Below, one piece after another: positions 24,101 through 37,116 of a stretch of DNA of 64,000 nt. The notes under the pieces are model-generated. The model had not been told where the DNA came from, did not search any database, and was given only the letters and a program-made list of their open reading frames with translations. The stretch's first letter is position 1, and the number at the start of each line of letters is the position of its first letter. This DNA comes from Asterias rubens (Eukaryota), in assembly GCF_902459465.1 (NCBI RefSeq), contig NC_047066.1, forward strand, positions 9,176,001 to 9,240,000, given 5' to 3'. The position numbers were made by a program, and so were the translations under genes.

Positions 24101-27100
24101 CTGCTCGACCTCAAAGCCATCTGCCATGTCATCGTCACTCTCTTCTTGCTGGACTGGGATACTGGCAGCCGGGAAGACTGGTGGTGTTGAGGTTTCCTCT
24201 GGTTGGATGATGTCTTGCACAGTTTCAGCATTGGTCTGTTTGTTCTGTTGCGCCTCTGTTGGTGAAAAAACAGAAAGTCAAATGACAATTAAACAAAGCA
24301 ATTTCTTCAAAATGTATGAGTTTTGGAGGTAACCTTTTCAAGGTGGGATTAAATGAGTGTCTTATTTACACTGTGTCTCACAAAACACAGATCCGGTAAT
24401 GTTTCCCCTATGTGGTTGTCTTTTTTTTTACCAAAGGGGATGGACCCTCTGATATTTTTATTTAAATTTAATCTTTCAGAAAGAAATGCCTTTAACTGTA
24501 TTTCTGCAGGGCTTGGAAAAATATGCCTATCATGATCATACCTCGTGCAGGGGATAAAAATTAACAGTGTAAGTACATGTGTAAACTCCAGGGTACAAAA
24601 CATTCACTGGTCCACTGACTTTCGCACTTGGCCACTAACCCCACAACCAAACAAGTCCTACAGTCTAGTGCTTTCCATAACACAAATCAGAAGAAGATTT
24701 ACAAGTTCTTCAAATTTCAATATTTTCGAAAATTAAAGCAATTACAAAGAAAGATATGCACTTTGGTCACGTAAAACTTACTGAGCTACAACCAATTAAA
24801 GGGAAGGAGCAGGCTTGGTAATTGTCAAAGACCAGTCTTCTCACTTGATGTATCCCAACATACATGACATAAGCAAAAAATAACGAGCCTGTGAAAAATT
24901 GGGCTCAATTGGTCATCGAAGTTGCGAGAAAATGATGAAAGAAAAAACACCCTTGTTCATGTTGTTGAACGAATTTGTGTGCTTTCAGATAGGAATAACA
25001 GACTTCTGGCTAGAAGTCTTTTATTATTTGAGTGACAAATTACCTCTTTCTCAAAATTTATGTACTTCAGAGGGAGCCGTTTCTCACAATGTTTTATACT
25101 ATAAAGAGCTCTATATTACCAAGTAAGTTTTTATAATAATATTTGTTTCGAGTAATTACCAAATGTGTACCTTCCCTTTAAAGCAATTACAAGGAAAGAT
25201 TGCACTTTGGTCTTGAAAGTAAAACTTACTGAGCTACAACCTCTGTAAACAAGGGGGGTAGAGTATTCCACAACTTTGGAGCAGCAAAGAACATGTACAT
25301 TATGTGCAAACCTCAAGGTAAACAAGCAGTAACTTTTTAAAAATGAATGTGAAATTTAAAGGAACACGTTGCCTTGGATCGGTCGAGTTGGTCTTTGAAA
25401 AGCGTTTGTACAATGATCTACACAAATTTGCCTTGAAATTGCGTGATTTTCCTTTTACTTTGCGAACTAACACGGTCGGCCATTTATGGGAGTAAAAAAT
25501 TTGACTCCCACAAACGGCCGACCATGTTAGTCGATTTCGAGTGATTTTTGTGTGGATCATAATATTCTACTTTTAAAATATGTTTCTAATCCTATGCATT
25601 TTATAACAAACGTTTACAAACTCGACCGATCCAAGGCAACGTGTTCCTTTACTTGGCAACCAATGCAGTATTGTGCATTATATCATATTGTTCTGTGTAC
25701 AGTTGTGCCACATACATGTACTTCACAAACCAATGCAGTTGAACAATTTCAAATGGTTGGTCAACTTGTTGGAAAATGTGGGCTGATTAAAGCACCAAAA
25801 CAAAAAGTAACTTTTAAATAGTTTGTTTAATTTTGTTTAATTTTCTTACCGACGTCAGTTACAAAAGTGTATCTCTTCTCTTTAACACCATCTTCACTTG
25901 TTTCCACCTCCACAAATAAAACACCGAGTTGGGAGAGAAGTTGGACAGCTATCTCACTATCTGAAGAACAAAAATAAATAAAAAATCTTGACACTAAAAA
26001 CTATTTGCTCCTTGAGTGATTAGGGGCCATTCAGAGAAGTTAAAATTTTATAAACTTTCGATTTTATTTCAAAATTGTTTTGAAGTTGATAGAGTCCTCA
26101 TTATTTATCATTGCTATTCATGGTTTATTAAAATACTGCAATACAGCTGTTAAAAGCCGAAGTGTACAGTTTAAAAATAACAGTCAGTTAAAATATGACA
26201 GATATTAAACGCGAGTGGTGAAAGCATGACCAGTTTTCAACTATACCTAATGTTAAAAATGTGTAATATGCAGTTGTATTCACTGCCCTTCCAGTGCACA
26301 AATTTCCAACATCTAAAATATTTTTTAAGTTGTTCCCCAATAGTGTATTATCCATCACAAATACCATCACATAGCAATTTATTCAAGCTTCTCCCTATGA
26401 AACTGGGCCTTCTGGACCCAAATTGCCCAAGTTCTGTCAAAGCACGCTGAAGTGAAATGAAGTCTGTATGCTTTTTACTTGATGTTCATATTTTAGTTTT
26501 CAAAGCTCCACTGTGCAATCTAAAGAAATTCAACAAGTTAAAAGAAGATGATTTTGAAAACTTAATTCCAGAAAAAAAAGAGAAAAAAAAAACAAAAAAA
26601 CAAAAAACATACAAAACGTAATTCACTTGTATCAACCAGCAATGTACACGCATCGGCCCTGTTTTTGCCCTTATTGCTGTACACTAGCCTGTGCATAGGG
26701 AAGAATCCTTAATTTTTCCACAAACCCCTTACCATCTTCAGATGCAGTCTGAGCCTGGATTCTTGCAACCAATCGAGTAGTCTTGTTGATCAGAGTATCC
26801 AGAACTCTATCCAGCTGACTCTGCCTCCGTAAAGACTCCCAAAGCAGCTGACAATCTGGAGACAAAAATACAAAAGTGTAAGAGAGAGAAAAAGTACGAC
26901 AACACAGGTAGGCCCAAAGTTTTCTATGAACTTCTGTTAAGTTTGTACCACATCCTTGATACATAGACCTACAAAATGCCCCCTTTTCCTTCCCACAATG
27001 CATTTTGACAATTGAAATGAAATGTTGCAAAAAAGGTTGAAAGAAAAATGTCCAAATTGAACATTCATGGTTCATTGACATCGAGTAAGCCGCATACAGC

Positions 27101-28915
27101 AACCCGTGACCCTGCCTGATGTGATTGTTAATCACGTTATAAATGAAACTGGCACTCGTATGTACTATTTATTTTTCAGTTCTGCAGTTAGACCTGTTTT
27201 TTTTATTATTGTTATGGTTTATTTATTAACTGCACTGGCGGCCAAGCAGGGCGAAAAAGTACATTTACAAGTAAAAATAGTTTGTTTAAAAAAATATTTT
27301 ATATTACAGACTAGTATTGATAGACTAGTTTGGTTATATAAACTTTTTTTTATGTGGGTCACACTAAATACCGACAACTCTGTAATAGAATTGTCCAAGT
27401 ACGTCGAATAGACAACATGGCGAATATTTCCGTTCGTTACTAAATTTGGGGTGAAAAACACTTTTTTACAATTAAAAATACAAATGTTTCAACAGTTTGA
27501 AAGTGATTTAGATGCATATGACTCGTGTGCATATATTTAACGTTGACTTATGTTAAAATGTTCTGTTAAAGTGCATTTAAAAATTGTTGTTGTGAGTTGT
27601 CAGTATTTAGTGTGACCGTTTTATGTTTAATATACTGATTGAAAAGTGATGGCGCTGTTCCATTCAGTGACACTCCAACACTGCTGACTCATGGAGAGGT
27701 AGCCCTTGATCGAGATTCACACAAAACTGTAAGAATGTTTACAAGTTTTATGGTAAGGGTCTACATGTCTGTCTGGGTATGTTCGTAGTTTTGTCAGGTC
27801 GTCAGGGTGTAGTTGATGAACATAATGAGAACCAGAAGAAAAACTGGTTGACAATTGTGTCAGTAAGTGGATTTGTAAGAGAGACTGCGAGGATATTTTT
27901 CAGATCCTCTCTTTCTTTTTTTTGTAGGTTATTTTAAATATTGGCCTTTTTGTAATAATACATTGTACGCTACACTAGCCATTCTTTGTAGTAGTAGGCC
28001 CTATTTGCTGTTTATAATATGAATAATATAATTCATATTTACGTTGAGGCCGAGTACAAAAAGAAACATGTTTAGCGTCCCCGCCCGCTTCCTTTTAAGA
28101 GGCCGCCTCTTTTTTCCAAAATTCATAATGAAAAAAGTGATATATTTTAAACGATCTCAGCTAAAACAATAATAAAGTTTTGCCTGGATGTCTTGTAGTA
28201 CATGTTGTACAAGTTGTACAACACGTTTCGTTTATGTATTGTGTGTTTGAGCAGTAGAAAAAACAATGGATTTTGACATTTTAAAAAGAAGGCCATCTTG
28301 AAATAAAAAATAAAAAATAAAAAGCCCTCCTCCTTCCTTTTTTTGAGAAACCTGGACGCTAACATGTTTCTTTTTTTACTCGGCACAACACATTATAAAA
28401 TTAATAAAATATAATATAAAAAAAATTAAAATAAACAAATCATAAAATTAATAAATGGGCTTATACTTACAACTTAAAATTAAACTTGATTTTATATAAG
28501 GTTTATGACAGTAATGAGTAAGTAACAGTAACACTAACACTGTATTCAGTAACACACAACACAATGATTTATTATGTAATTTTAATATAACTATAATATA
28601 TTATAAATTTATTGTTATTTTATAAAACAAATATGATCAAATCAAATGAAATGCAACGCAAATCAGGATAATTTTCGAGAAAATCCAGTGAAACTAAAAT
28701 TACAAGAACAAGGATTTACTGTTGAACAAAAATGAAAAACACCTTTTATCACGAATTGGATGCAGTTTGGGTCCTCACAAATTGATGTGCACTTTTTGTT
28801 TACCTTTTGAATTGCCAATCGAGTTCGATGTGGTCTGCATTTCATCATCAACATGCTCATCTTGATTTGTAGATTCTAGTTTCACTAAAGAAACTGAAAA
28901 ATCAGGGTCATCCAT
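21188..28915 (-). CDS. Large C2H2 zinc-finger protein (~1137 aa) with dispersed N-terminal fingers, acidic tract, AT-hook-like motifs and a 10-finger C-terminal array
   Basis: Exons 28804-28915 (MDDPDFSV...), 26733-26855, 25850-25960, 21188-24255, all phase 1 with canonical GT-AG. The last exon is the 1010-aa ORF of the track, with CxxC-x12-H-x3/4-H fingers, HSAEKPYKC/HTDKRDFKC/HRDERPHKC linkers and KKKRGRPRK, KKRGRP motifs. Confidence 0.9.
24796..25181 (-). mobile_element. MITE family A subfamily (GGGAAGG termini), reverse orientation
   Basis: TTAAAGGGAAGG...GTGTACCTTCCCTTTAA; body is the reverse complement of family A. Confidence 0.82.
25356..25651. mobile_element. MITE family B (TTAA-AGG termini, Kolobok-like)
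   Basis: TIR AAAGGAACACGTTGCCTTGGATCGGTCGAGTT / AACTCGACCGATCCAAGGCAACGTGTTCCTTT, 32 bp perfect. Confidence 0.85.
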
Positions 28916-30140
28916 CGCACTAGGCTTTGCAAATATTGGAAGCAAATAGCGAAATAGCGGGGGAAATTTTAACGACGCGATTAATTTGATAGAAATTGTC
29001 TGGTAACTAGTGTTCTTTATGACTTCTATGGTGGCTCAGCAAAAGTTCGTTGGTGACCAGACTAATGGACAAAAGACAACTCGACCCAAACTCGACCTGT
29101 GCATGCTATTAACCACCTTTGGCGGGCGGGGACGGATAGTTGGGGGAAGGGGAACACTTTTGAACAAATTTCTCCCATGCAGTTTCCATATTTTCACTGA
29201 AAAAATGAAACAGATTGAGTAAATATAATGTTCTAGGGTTAAATTGCATGTACCAGGATTTTATTTTCTCCACCCCCTCCCCCCCTCCCCCCCCCCCCAA
29301 AAAAAAACCTCCACCTCAACTTCATCAGTTAGTATAGCCTTAGTCCAAGAGGTAACTATCTCATACTCGTAACGTAACGTAATAATAATCAGACATAGGG
29401 TGCGCTTAGAACGTCTTGGAACCAAGGCTACTGTCAGTTGTGCATTGGGCAAGTGACACAAGGATTCGCTCGACCCCCGCGTATGTTCTAGTGATGGTTT
29501 TGAGCAGTGCTATTATTTGCTGGGGCTAAGGTTGGTTGCTTGGCGTTTGTATATAAAGAATTTAATTTTCTAACGGTATCGACGATTGGGTCGTTTTCTT
29601 GCTGTTGCTTGTAAGGCTTCTAACTTCTGGCCAATTGTAATTGCTGTTTTATATTTGATTTCAGTCGCCATTTTGTTAGATGGACATACTGTCCTCCTAA
29701 TTGAAAGCGATTTGTTTTGAAAACGATTTATTTAGTAACTATTCTATTGTAAATTTAATCATTAATGTCATTGTAAAACTTCGTTATCGACTTCCAATGG
29801 TCTTGATGGTGGTGAGACGGTAAGTAAAGTGAAGTCAGACTCGGAGTCGGACCGGAGACAGAAGAAAGATCAGACTCGAGCCTTTCGTCTTTCGATTCGA
29901 GGTCGAATCGAAGGTCCATAACTTTATAAGTGTGGCCTTATTATACATCCCAAAAATTTGGAGATTGCTTGCAGTACTGATCCAGATCCAGATTTGCTCA
30001 ATTTTTACCACCTTCAACAGGGCCGCAGCATGGGGACCGGGGGCAATTTTGTTCTTCTACCGTACTTCCAAATTTCCATCCCTAACCCTAACTAAATCTA
30101 AAACAATCCCCATCCCATAAGGTTTATCGCGATTCAGAAA

Positions 30141-30158
30141 GGCACTGCATTGTGGGAA
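30141..30158 (-). promoter_or_regulatory. Staf/ZNF143-like binding site in the divergent ZNF/coiled-coil intergenic region
   Basis: The minus strand reads TTCCCACAATGCAGTGCC, close to the Staf consensus YYWCCCRNMATSCMYYRCR. ZNF143 sites are known to be enriched at bidirectional promoters. Motif match only. Confidence 0.4.
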
Positions 30159-30416
30159 GGAATATGGGGCGGTTACTATGCAGTTTGTACGACTCGCGCA
30201 CGCAACGCCCATACCTTTGTGTGGGTTCAACAGTGCCCTCTCTTGATATTTTGCTATTCGCGATAAACCTTATTGAAAAGCACTACGACAGTGGCAATTT
30301 TGATGTACAGAACACAAAATAAAAAAATGGGTTCAAACATAAACAAATGACAATAATAATAGGACTAGGAGCATGTTATGGCATTTGAATGTCACTTTTA
30401 AAAAATCTTGAATCAA

Positions 30417-30560
30417 TAGATGGATTGCAATATGCGTCATCGACTGCCATCTTTGATGTATTAACAAAGGAAAGTGCACGCGTGTATGCGCTGCGCGTTC
30501 ACTTTTCCCTTGTTAATACATCAAAGATGGCGATCAATGACGCGTATTGTAATCCATCTA
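30417..30560. mobile_element. TA-flanked fold-back MITE (Tc1/mariner-like)
   Basis: TAGATGGATTGCAATATGCGTCAT..GCCATCTTTGATGTATTAACAAAGGAAAGTG and its reverse complement ending ...GTAATCCATCTA; ~60-bp arms. Confidence 0.75.
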
Positions 30561-30766
30561 TACTTCACTTATTCAATTATTATTTTTATTTATTAAATAA
30601 AGGGCCAACCAGTGTCATCCAGCAATGTGCAATTCTTTGGTTCAATGAACTAGAGCGACTTTATACAATCTTTGTATACCGGTAAGATGGATACAGTACC
30701 AGCAGTACCACTCATCTTAATTCCTGTATAAGTAAAACCAACAAATGAAGTGATGACGCAATCACC

Positions 30767-33700
30767 ATGACAACACCGAGGTCCAATCACACTGGCAGAA
30801 CACTGGGGAATGTTCGAGTTGGCAACAAATCAACGATCTTCCCACCACTTGCAAAGACTCTCAGTGATTCTAATAAGGTACTTGTTTTGTCTTTAGTTTC
30901 AGGAATGAAATTGTCTTTGATGAACACTTACGTGTGCAGTACACATTTGCAAGTGAGGTTAAAAATTAAAAAAATGCTACACTTCTCCAGACTGGACTGT
31001 TCCTACCATAATTACTTAGAACTGGCTCTTTGCAAAAGTTGTGGAAAATTCATAATTGGGGTTCCAAATTGCTCTTTTAAGTACTTTTACATGCAATAAC
31101 AGATTAATCAGGATGGCCAAGTTTAAAGAAAGGGTGATGGAGAAAGTGCAACTCTGCACTTTTCTATTCTATGAATAACCTACAATGTCTACCTTTACAG
31201 TACAATATTTGAAAGTAGTGTTTTGTTCAATTCTTCAAAATAAATTTCCTGTCACTTCTTTTGAAAAGGCTTTCTTCCAAGAGCATCGTCTTATGATCCA
31301 TGGTGATGCACTATCTACCCCTTCCAAATCACCAGTAAAAGAGGAATTGATATCCCCAAGGTCAGTGACCTCATCGCGACCCCTGACCTCTAGATCTGAT
31401 CCCAGCAGCAGGGCCCAAGAGGAGATGAAAGACCTCCATGTGAGTAATCTCAGCAGGCCTGGGCCCACATTTCATAAAACCTGTAAGCACAGACGAACCT
31501 TGCTTAGCAGAAACAGGTCACCATGTGAAAGACCAGTGAAACTACGTGCCCCAATAATTTTTTTTCTGTTATGCAAGATTTTGTTGTGCTTAGCAAGTTG
31601 TTATGCTTACACTCTACAGGCTTTATGAAATTGGGCCCAGTAGAAATTTGCCCCAAATTCATGAAAGTATAAATACTAATTATAACAATTGTTTTTGTGT
31701 TTATTGTCTGTTTTTAATGAGCCAAAAACAGTAGTATTGTTACATTTGTCATGCTGTAAACTTTCTTTGACAAATTGCATGTATATTATTCTACAATATA
31801 ATAACTTTATAGACAAAACATACACAAGGTCAAACAAGGACTTTCCAAACTGTATTCCGGTCTCAACTTCAACTTTACAAAAGTGTAATTTTAAATTCCT
31901 ACAAGTATGACGCTCATCAAGATACATGCACTATAAATGTGGTCGGATTTATCAACCCCGCCATTACTCTGTCAGGAAATTGGTGTGACTCAATGTGTAA
32001 AAAGCAAAAGTATTCAGAAATAGATTCAGAAATCGTTTATTTCTGGTTTTTGGCTCTAGAATTAAAAATGCATTAGTCATGAATATAATTGAGATGTACT
32101 CATCTTTACTAATCCAATAGACACGTGACAAGCAGCATCGGAATCGCATCCAATCCCTACAGAAGGTGATTGATCAGCTTAAGGCTGAGCTTAAAGTCAA
32201 GGCAGAAGAGCTTACTCAAGTGCAGGCACGCCTACTACAAATTGTGAGTTATTTACAGAATCTTGAGTTATTTAAAGTATTTCAATCATCAACAAGGATG
32301 AAATTTTTCCGGATATTTGCCAAAATCCAGAAATTTTCTGAATTTAGTTTTTTACCTAAAATACCTAGAAAAAATTATATAACAAAATAAAAAATTGTGT
32401 GGCAACTCCCAGGCAAAATAAATAGCGCTGCCAATGGTGCCACCAGACTCTGACTGTTTGTGTGATGAAGTTAAATGTTGTTAATGATTAGCATGTAGCC
32501 CCTTTTAATGCATTCTGACGCTTGCTGTAAAGGGAGCATAAGTTCCACTTTCTGTAGTTTTAACAGAGCAAGTCACAAACTGTATAACAGGATACTTTGT
32601 GACAATATCTTTACTTTACTAAAGTAATATCTGTATGGTATCACAGGAAGAACATTATAAACGTTTGTATGAAGAAGAAAAGCAAGCACACAGTAAGACG
32701 AAGGAGGAACTGAGTAATACAAGAGATGAACTGAGGGAGAAAACCATCTATGCTGAGCAGTTGAAGACACAGCATGAACGACAGCTTGTTGATATCAAAT
32801 CTATGGTGAGTCAAAGGTCTTTCAGAATTATTTGTCAAAGTTAAGTAATTTTTTGTGACTAATTATTCACACATATCTGGCATGCCAGATATTAGGTTTT
32901 GTTGGAACTTTATGAAGATTTAGGAGGTATCATTTTTCTGTGAAAACATTGGTTTCAAAATCAAAACCATGGCGACATTTTCATAATAAATACTTAATTT
33001 AGATTTTACACATTTAAGTTTGTGTTATGTTCTCTCTTTGCAGCATGAACAAAACATGTCATCACTTCGAGTTGAGAAAGACAAAGAAATCAGCGAGCGT
33101 GAGGCAAGAATAGAGAAGATGAAGAAACAAATGGGTGACATCTTGAGAGATAATTCATGGTACGTTCAGTTCAGATTATTCCTCCAATGCTAAGTATGAC
33201 AATAGAACTCCATTATAGCTAGGGGACATACTATAGTTGGCAGAACAAAGCAGTTAACAGCACTGGACTCAAGCTTTGGTGTTGATCTTTTTGGCAGAGA
33301 ATGAGTTTGTGTCCCGGTCATGACACTTGTGTCCTTAAGCAAAACACATAACCATTGTTGCTGCGTCCTTCTGGTGGGGCGTAAAGCTGTAGGTCCTGTG
33401 TGTTGTGTAATTCACGTAAAAAAAAGAAGTGTATATGGCCTAGGCTTCTAAATGATCCGTAACACCTTGTAATAACCCCTTAAGGCCCGGTCTCACAGGC
33501 CCCGATAACGAGAACGAAAACGATAAAAATGCACGCCCTCGATTGGTTGAATGAGCGTGGGCGTATTCTGCGTGGAGCATTTCAACCAATCGAGGGCGTG
33601 CATTTTTATTGTTCTCATTATCGTTCTCGTTATCGGGACCTGTGTGACCGGGCCTTTATGCTACATAAATATGGTCTTGATCAAATTTAAACAAAATTAA

Positions 33701-35894
33701 AAAAACCTGTCTAAGAATGTTTTTGTCCGTTCAAGTGCCTTGAATACCTTATTATTCAGAGCTGCCAGCTCCCTGATTCTGCTGAAAGGTCCCTGAAGCT
33801 AAACCAATCTTTCCATGTTCCAGTGAACAAAAAAGTCTTCCTGATCATGGAAACTTTGTCCCTAGTATGTTGAGTATCTGCCTGATTGTTGTACACAAAT
33901 TCCCTGATTGATGCAAATGCTGGCAGCTCTGTAGTTGTATAATGGTTTTAAATGAAGGTCCATCAAACAGCTGGTTTTAATATCTTTCTGTGTTTCTTTT
34001 GAATTCATATTATCAGGGAGCGTCAGCAACAACTTGAGGAGTTGAGTAAAGAGTTAACCAAAGTATCTGATGAAGCTTCAGAATTGAGAATCAAGTATAA
34101 GAACGCTTCTTCCAAATCACAGGTATGGAATTCACATGGTCCGGACCTCGGTCCGGCCTTTTTCCAAACCACGTCGTTGGCTTCTGCTATTTAGGCTGAA
34201 TTATTGTTGGTACAGGGATTCAATCTTGGGCCAAAGCCAGAGTTGAAGCCTAGGCCCTGGTTTCAAAACAGGACGTGTTTCGAACAGTTTTAATAAGGGA
34301 ATAAAAGGGTAGCGACGAGTTCTTCAACGTAAGTTTAAAGCCGGGAGGGTCGGCGGTTGTGTGCCTTTAACGCACGGCAACGGACCCTGCAAGGTTTTAA
34401 ACGGACATTGAAAAACGAGTCGCTACTCTTTTATTCCCATTCATAAATGCCCTTTTGTTAAAAAAACAAATACAGTTTTAGACACTTTAACAATTGAAAA
34501 CTCAAGGTTTGAAATATTTTGTGAAGAATTTGTTCGAGGCGCATGGGTTGTGTGTACGTGCGCGCGCTTAGATTACGCGCTGATAGCTATGATTTGCGCG
34601 TTCTGCGTGATAATCTTGCGCGATAATCTTGCGCACGGAAGCCAGCTCAGTGTGCATAAACAGAGCTCCAGTGTGCATTAACAAAAGGTTTATGCACACC
34701 CACGTGACGCGCTCTCCACCAATAGGAGTAGAGAAACTGTCTGGGGTATTTATGAATTAATGTTAATGTCGATACGAGATATGACGGAAAACACGCAAAA
34801 GTGAACCACTTGTTGTCTACTGGCACATTAGCAGTTTTGTTTCAGTGGTTATGATTTTTGTAGGGTACCTGAAACCACCCAATGTGGTATGAATAGACTA
34901 CTGGCTTATACTGAAAACAATTTAAGTGGATTATAGTTCCATTTCACTCAGCTTTGCCTCGTGAACTTGAACTGTCCAGGTTTCATCCTCGTGACTAATT
35001 TTGCTATAATTTATTGTATTCATATGCATCCAATATGTGTACAACAAAGTAGTTCATGTAAAGCGCATTTTACAACGCAAAGTTTCTTGGTACCATTTGC
35101 AAAAGCAACACCTAGGCCTATCTAGGGCCCCCGGCAGGTGAAGTGTTTTTTTTTTGCTCTTTCATCCTCCTAATGTAATTTTTGTTTTGGTTTCTTAATC
35201 TTAGTCTTGTCAAAACTGCAGCCTTATGAAAGCAGACCTTGAGAAGAAGACTAAGAAGTTATCAGATAGGGAGGTCACTATACAACAACTCAACACAATC
35301 TGTAAGAAATTTGAAACACAACTAAAGCAACAGGTACGTGCAAATTATGATAAAGTCAAAAATCTATTTCAAGATGTATATATAGTGTTAACCCACATCG
35401 GCCCCATGCAAATTTAACATCTACTATATTTCAAGATGATTCAAATTTGTTCAATTGTCCGTTCCTTTTGTTAAGTTTTATCATTTGAAGTGTTTGCATA
35501 TGTTTGGTGATGACTCTGAAAATTAATGGCAATAAAAACATTACTTGGTAATATTAAGTACAGCAGCTTTGAGAATTGTTTACTTTGAAGTACTGCTGAA
35601 GAAGAGCAGAGTTTACTGGTCGAAACGTAAAGACCAAACCGGCTCTTTTCAGAGCCATCACTCCCACAAATAAGTTTGATTACTTGGTTGTACCCGTAAG
35701 TTTACTATTTATTTACTTATAGTTAACTCTTACTAACGGTTGGGAAGCGCATCCCTTCAAAATGTCAAGTTATTATGTTAAAATAGCCGCTTTTAATTTT
35801 GATCCACTTTTCCTTCCTTCTCCTGCAGGATATACTCTTGAAGGATTTTGCTGTTAGTAAAGGGTACAAGCCAGACAACGATCTAAGAAAATGA
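30767..35894 (+). CDS. Uncharacterised coiled-coil protein (~312 aa)
   Basis: Phase-consistent exons 30767-30877, 31269-31439, 32163-32243, 32647-32805, 33044-33159, 34017-34122, 35205-35333, 35829-35894. Ser/Pro-rich N-terminus, then long E/K/Q heptad-rich helices (IDQLKAELKVKAEELTQVQARLLQI; ERQQQLEELSKELTKV) interrupted by SCQNC. Family not recognised. Confidence 0.85.
33480..33658. mobile_element. Fold-back MITE (AGGCCCGGTCTCACA termini)
   Basis: AAGGCCCGGTCTCACAGGCCCGATAACGAGAACGA ... TCGTTCTCGTTATCGGGACCTGTGTGACCGGGCCTT, plus inner inverted CGATTGGTTGAA/TTCAACCAATCG. Confidence 0.8.
34290..34760. mobile_element. Composite palindromic non-autonomous DNA element (related copy ~19085-19430)
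   Basis: Inverted GGGAATAAAAGGGTAGCGAC / GTCGCTACTCTTTTATTCCC, then ATTCATAAATGCCC / GGGTATTTATGAAT; shares CCAATAGGA...AAACTGTCT and TAAGGGAATAAA with the 19.1-19.4 kb region. Confidence 0.55.
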
Positions 35895-36739
35895 ATATGT
35901 GATGGAGTCTATATGGACACAAAGCATAATATTAGACCTTGGGCAACTGCGTCTCAGATCACCAATACTTGCAATACATTTTTATTGGTGTGACTGCTAG
36001 GGGAATGAACAAACAACTTCTGATAAACGCCATCTTTACGGACAACCTGAGTTTCACCACTGATCTCTATTCTATTGACTGGATGGGACATGTTGAGCGC
36101 ATTGTACACGTTTGATGATTAATGTTGCGACACACTGTGTACTCGTTCAAGATGGACTCTGCATACCACAAGCAAGTCAGATCATTCGCTCGGCCCCAGC
36201 GGCCAGTCTATCCAGGACTACTGGGATGGGCTAATCAGCGTGCACAGATTCTTGTTCAGGAAGTACGTCATGCGTACAGTGTGAGTGTGATGTGAGTGTG
36301 ATGCAAGATGGGACTGAGCATTAACCAATGAGCATGCTTGATACGTTTGCCCATCCCAACGCTTTGGTTAAGGCAAGGCGCTGGGGTTGAGCGAAGTCCG
36401 AACGTCAATGTTGGTCCATGGTCTATGCTGTAATTGTGCACGGTCTAAATCAGCAGATGGACATTTCCAGTATTCAGGATTTGTTTTATGAAACTTTTTA
36501 AGTTGCTAAATTATTGAAGGTGACCTTAATGGTGCTTTAGGATGGTTATGAAAAGAATAGCTCATGTACATTATAAGAGAATGTGTGTGTGTTCATGATT
36601 GCCGTGTATCACAGTGTCTCCTGTAGTTAGTACCCCCATTGCTACATTCACAAACAACTGTAAAAGTCATTGTGTCAGTGCAACAAGGTCGTGTTTACTT
36701 GAAAAGCAAGTTTTAGAATGTCAAAACGTTATATCTCAT

Positions 36740-37116
36740 TTAAAGGGAAGGTACACATTTGGTAATTACTCAGAACAATTATTAACTTAAAAACTGACTT
36801 GGTAATGGGCATTGGAGAGCTGTTGATAGTATAAAACTCTGTGAGCAACGACTACCTCTGAAGTAACATAGTTTTTGAGAAAGAGGTAATTTCTCACTAA
36901 AATATTAAAAGACTTCTAAGCTAGAATTCTTTTATTCCTATCTGAAAGCACACAAATTCGTCCACCAAGGGTGTTTTTTCTTTCATAGTTTTCTCGCAAC
37001 TTTGATTAGCAATTGAGCCCAAATTTTCACAGGCTTGTTATTTGATGCTTATGATGGGATACGCCAAGTGAGAACACTGGTGTTTGACAATTACCAAACG
37101 TGTACACTGCCTTTAA
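36740..37116 (+). mobile_element. MITE family A subfamily copy
   Basis: TTAAAGGGAAGGTACACATTTGGTAATTACTC...CAATTACCAAACGTGTACACTGCCTTTAA. Confidence 0.82.

Noticed and set aside
21361-24332. Many overlapping ORFs (e.g. 21401-21829 +, 22530-22901 +, 23654-24190 +, 22453-22863 -)
   Set aside because: Antisense or alternative-frame shadows of the large zinc-finger exon; no recognisable domains.
27660-27850. Possible extra ZNF exon or LINE remnant
   Set aside because: Stops in all useful frames and no phase-compatible splice sites; the similarity to a LINE end is too weak to call.
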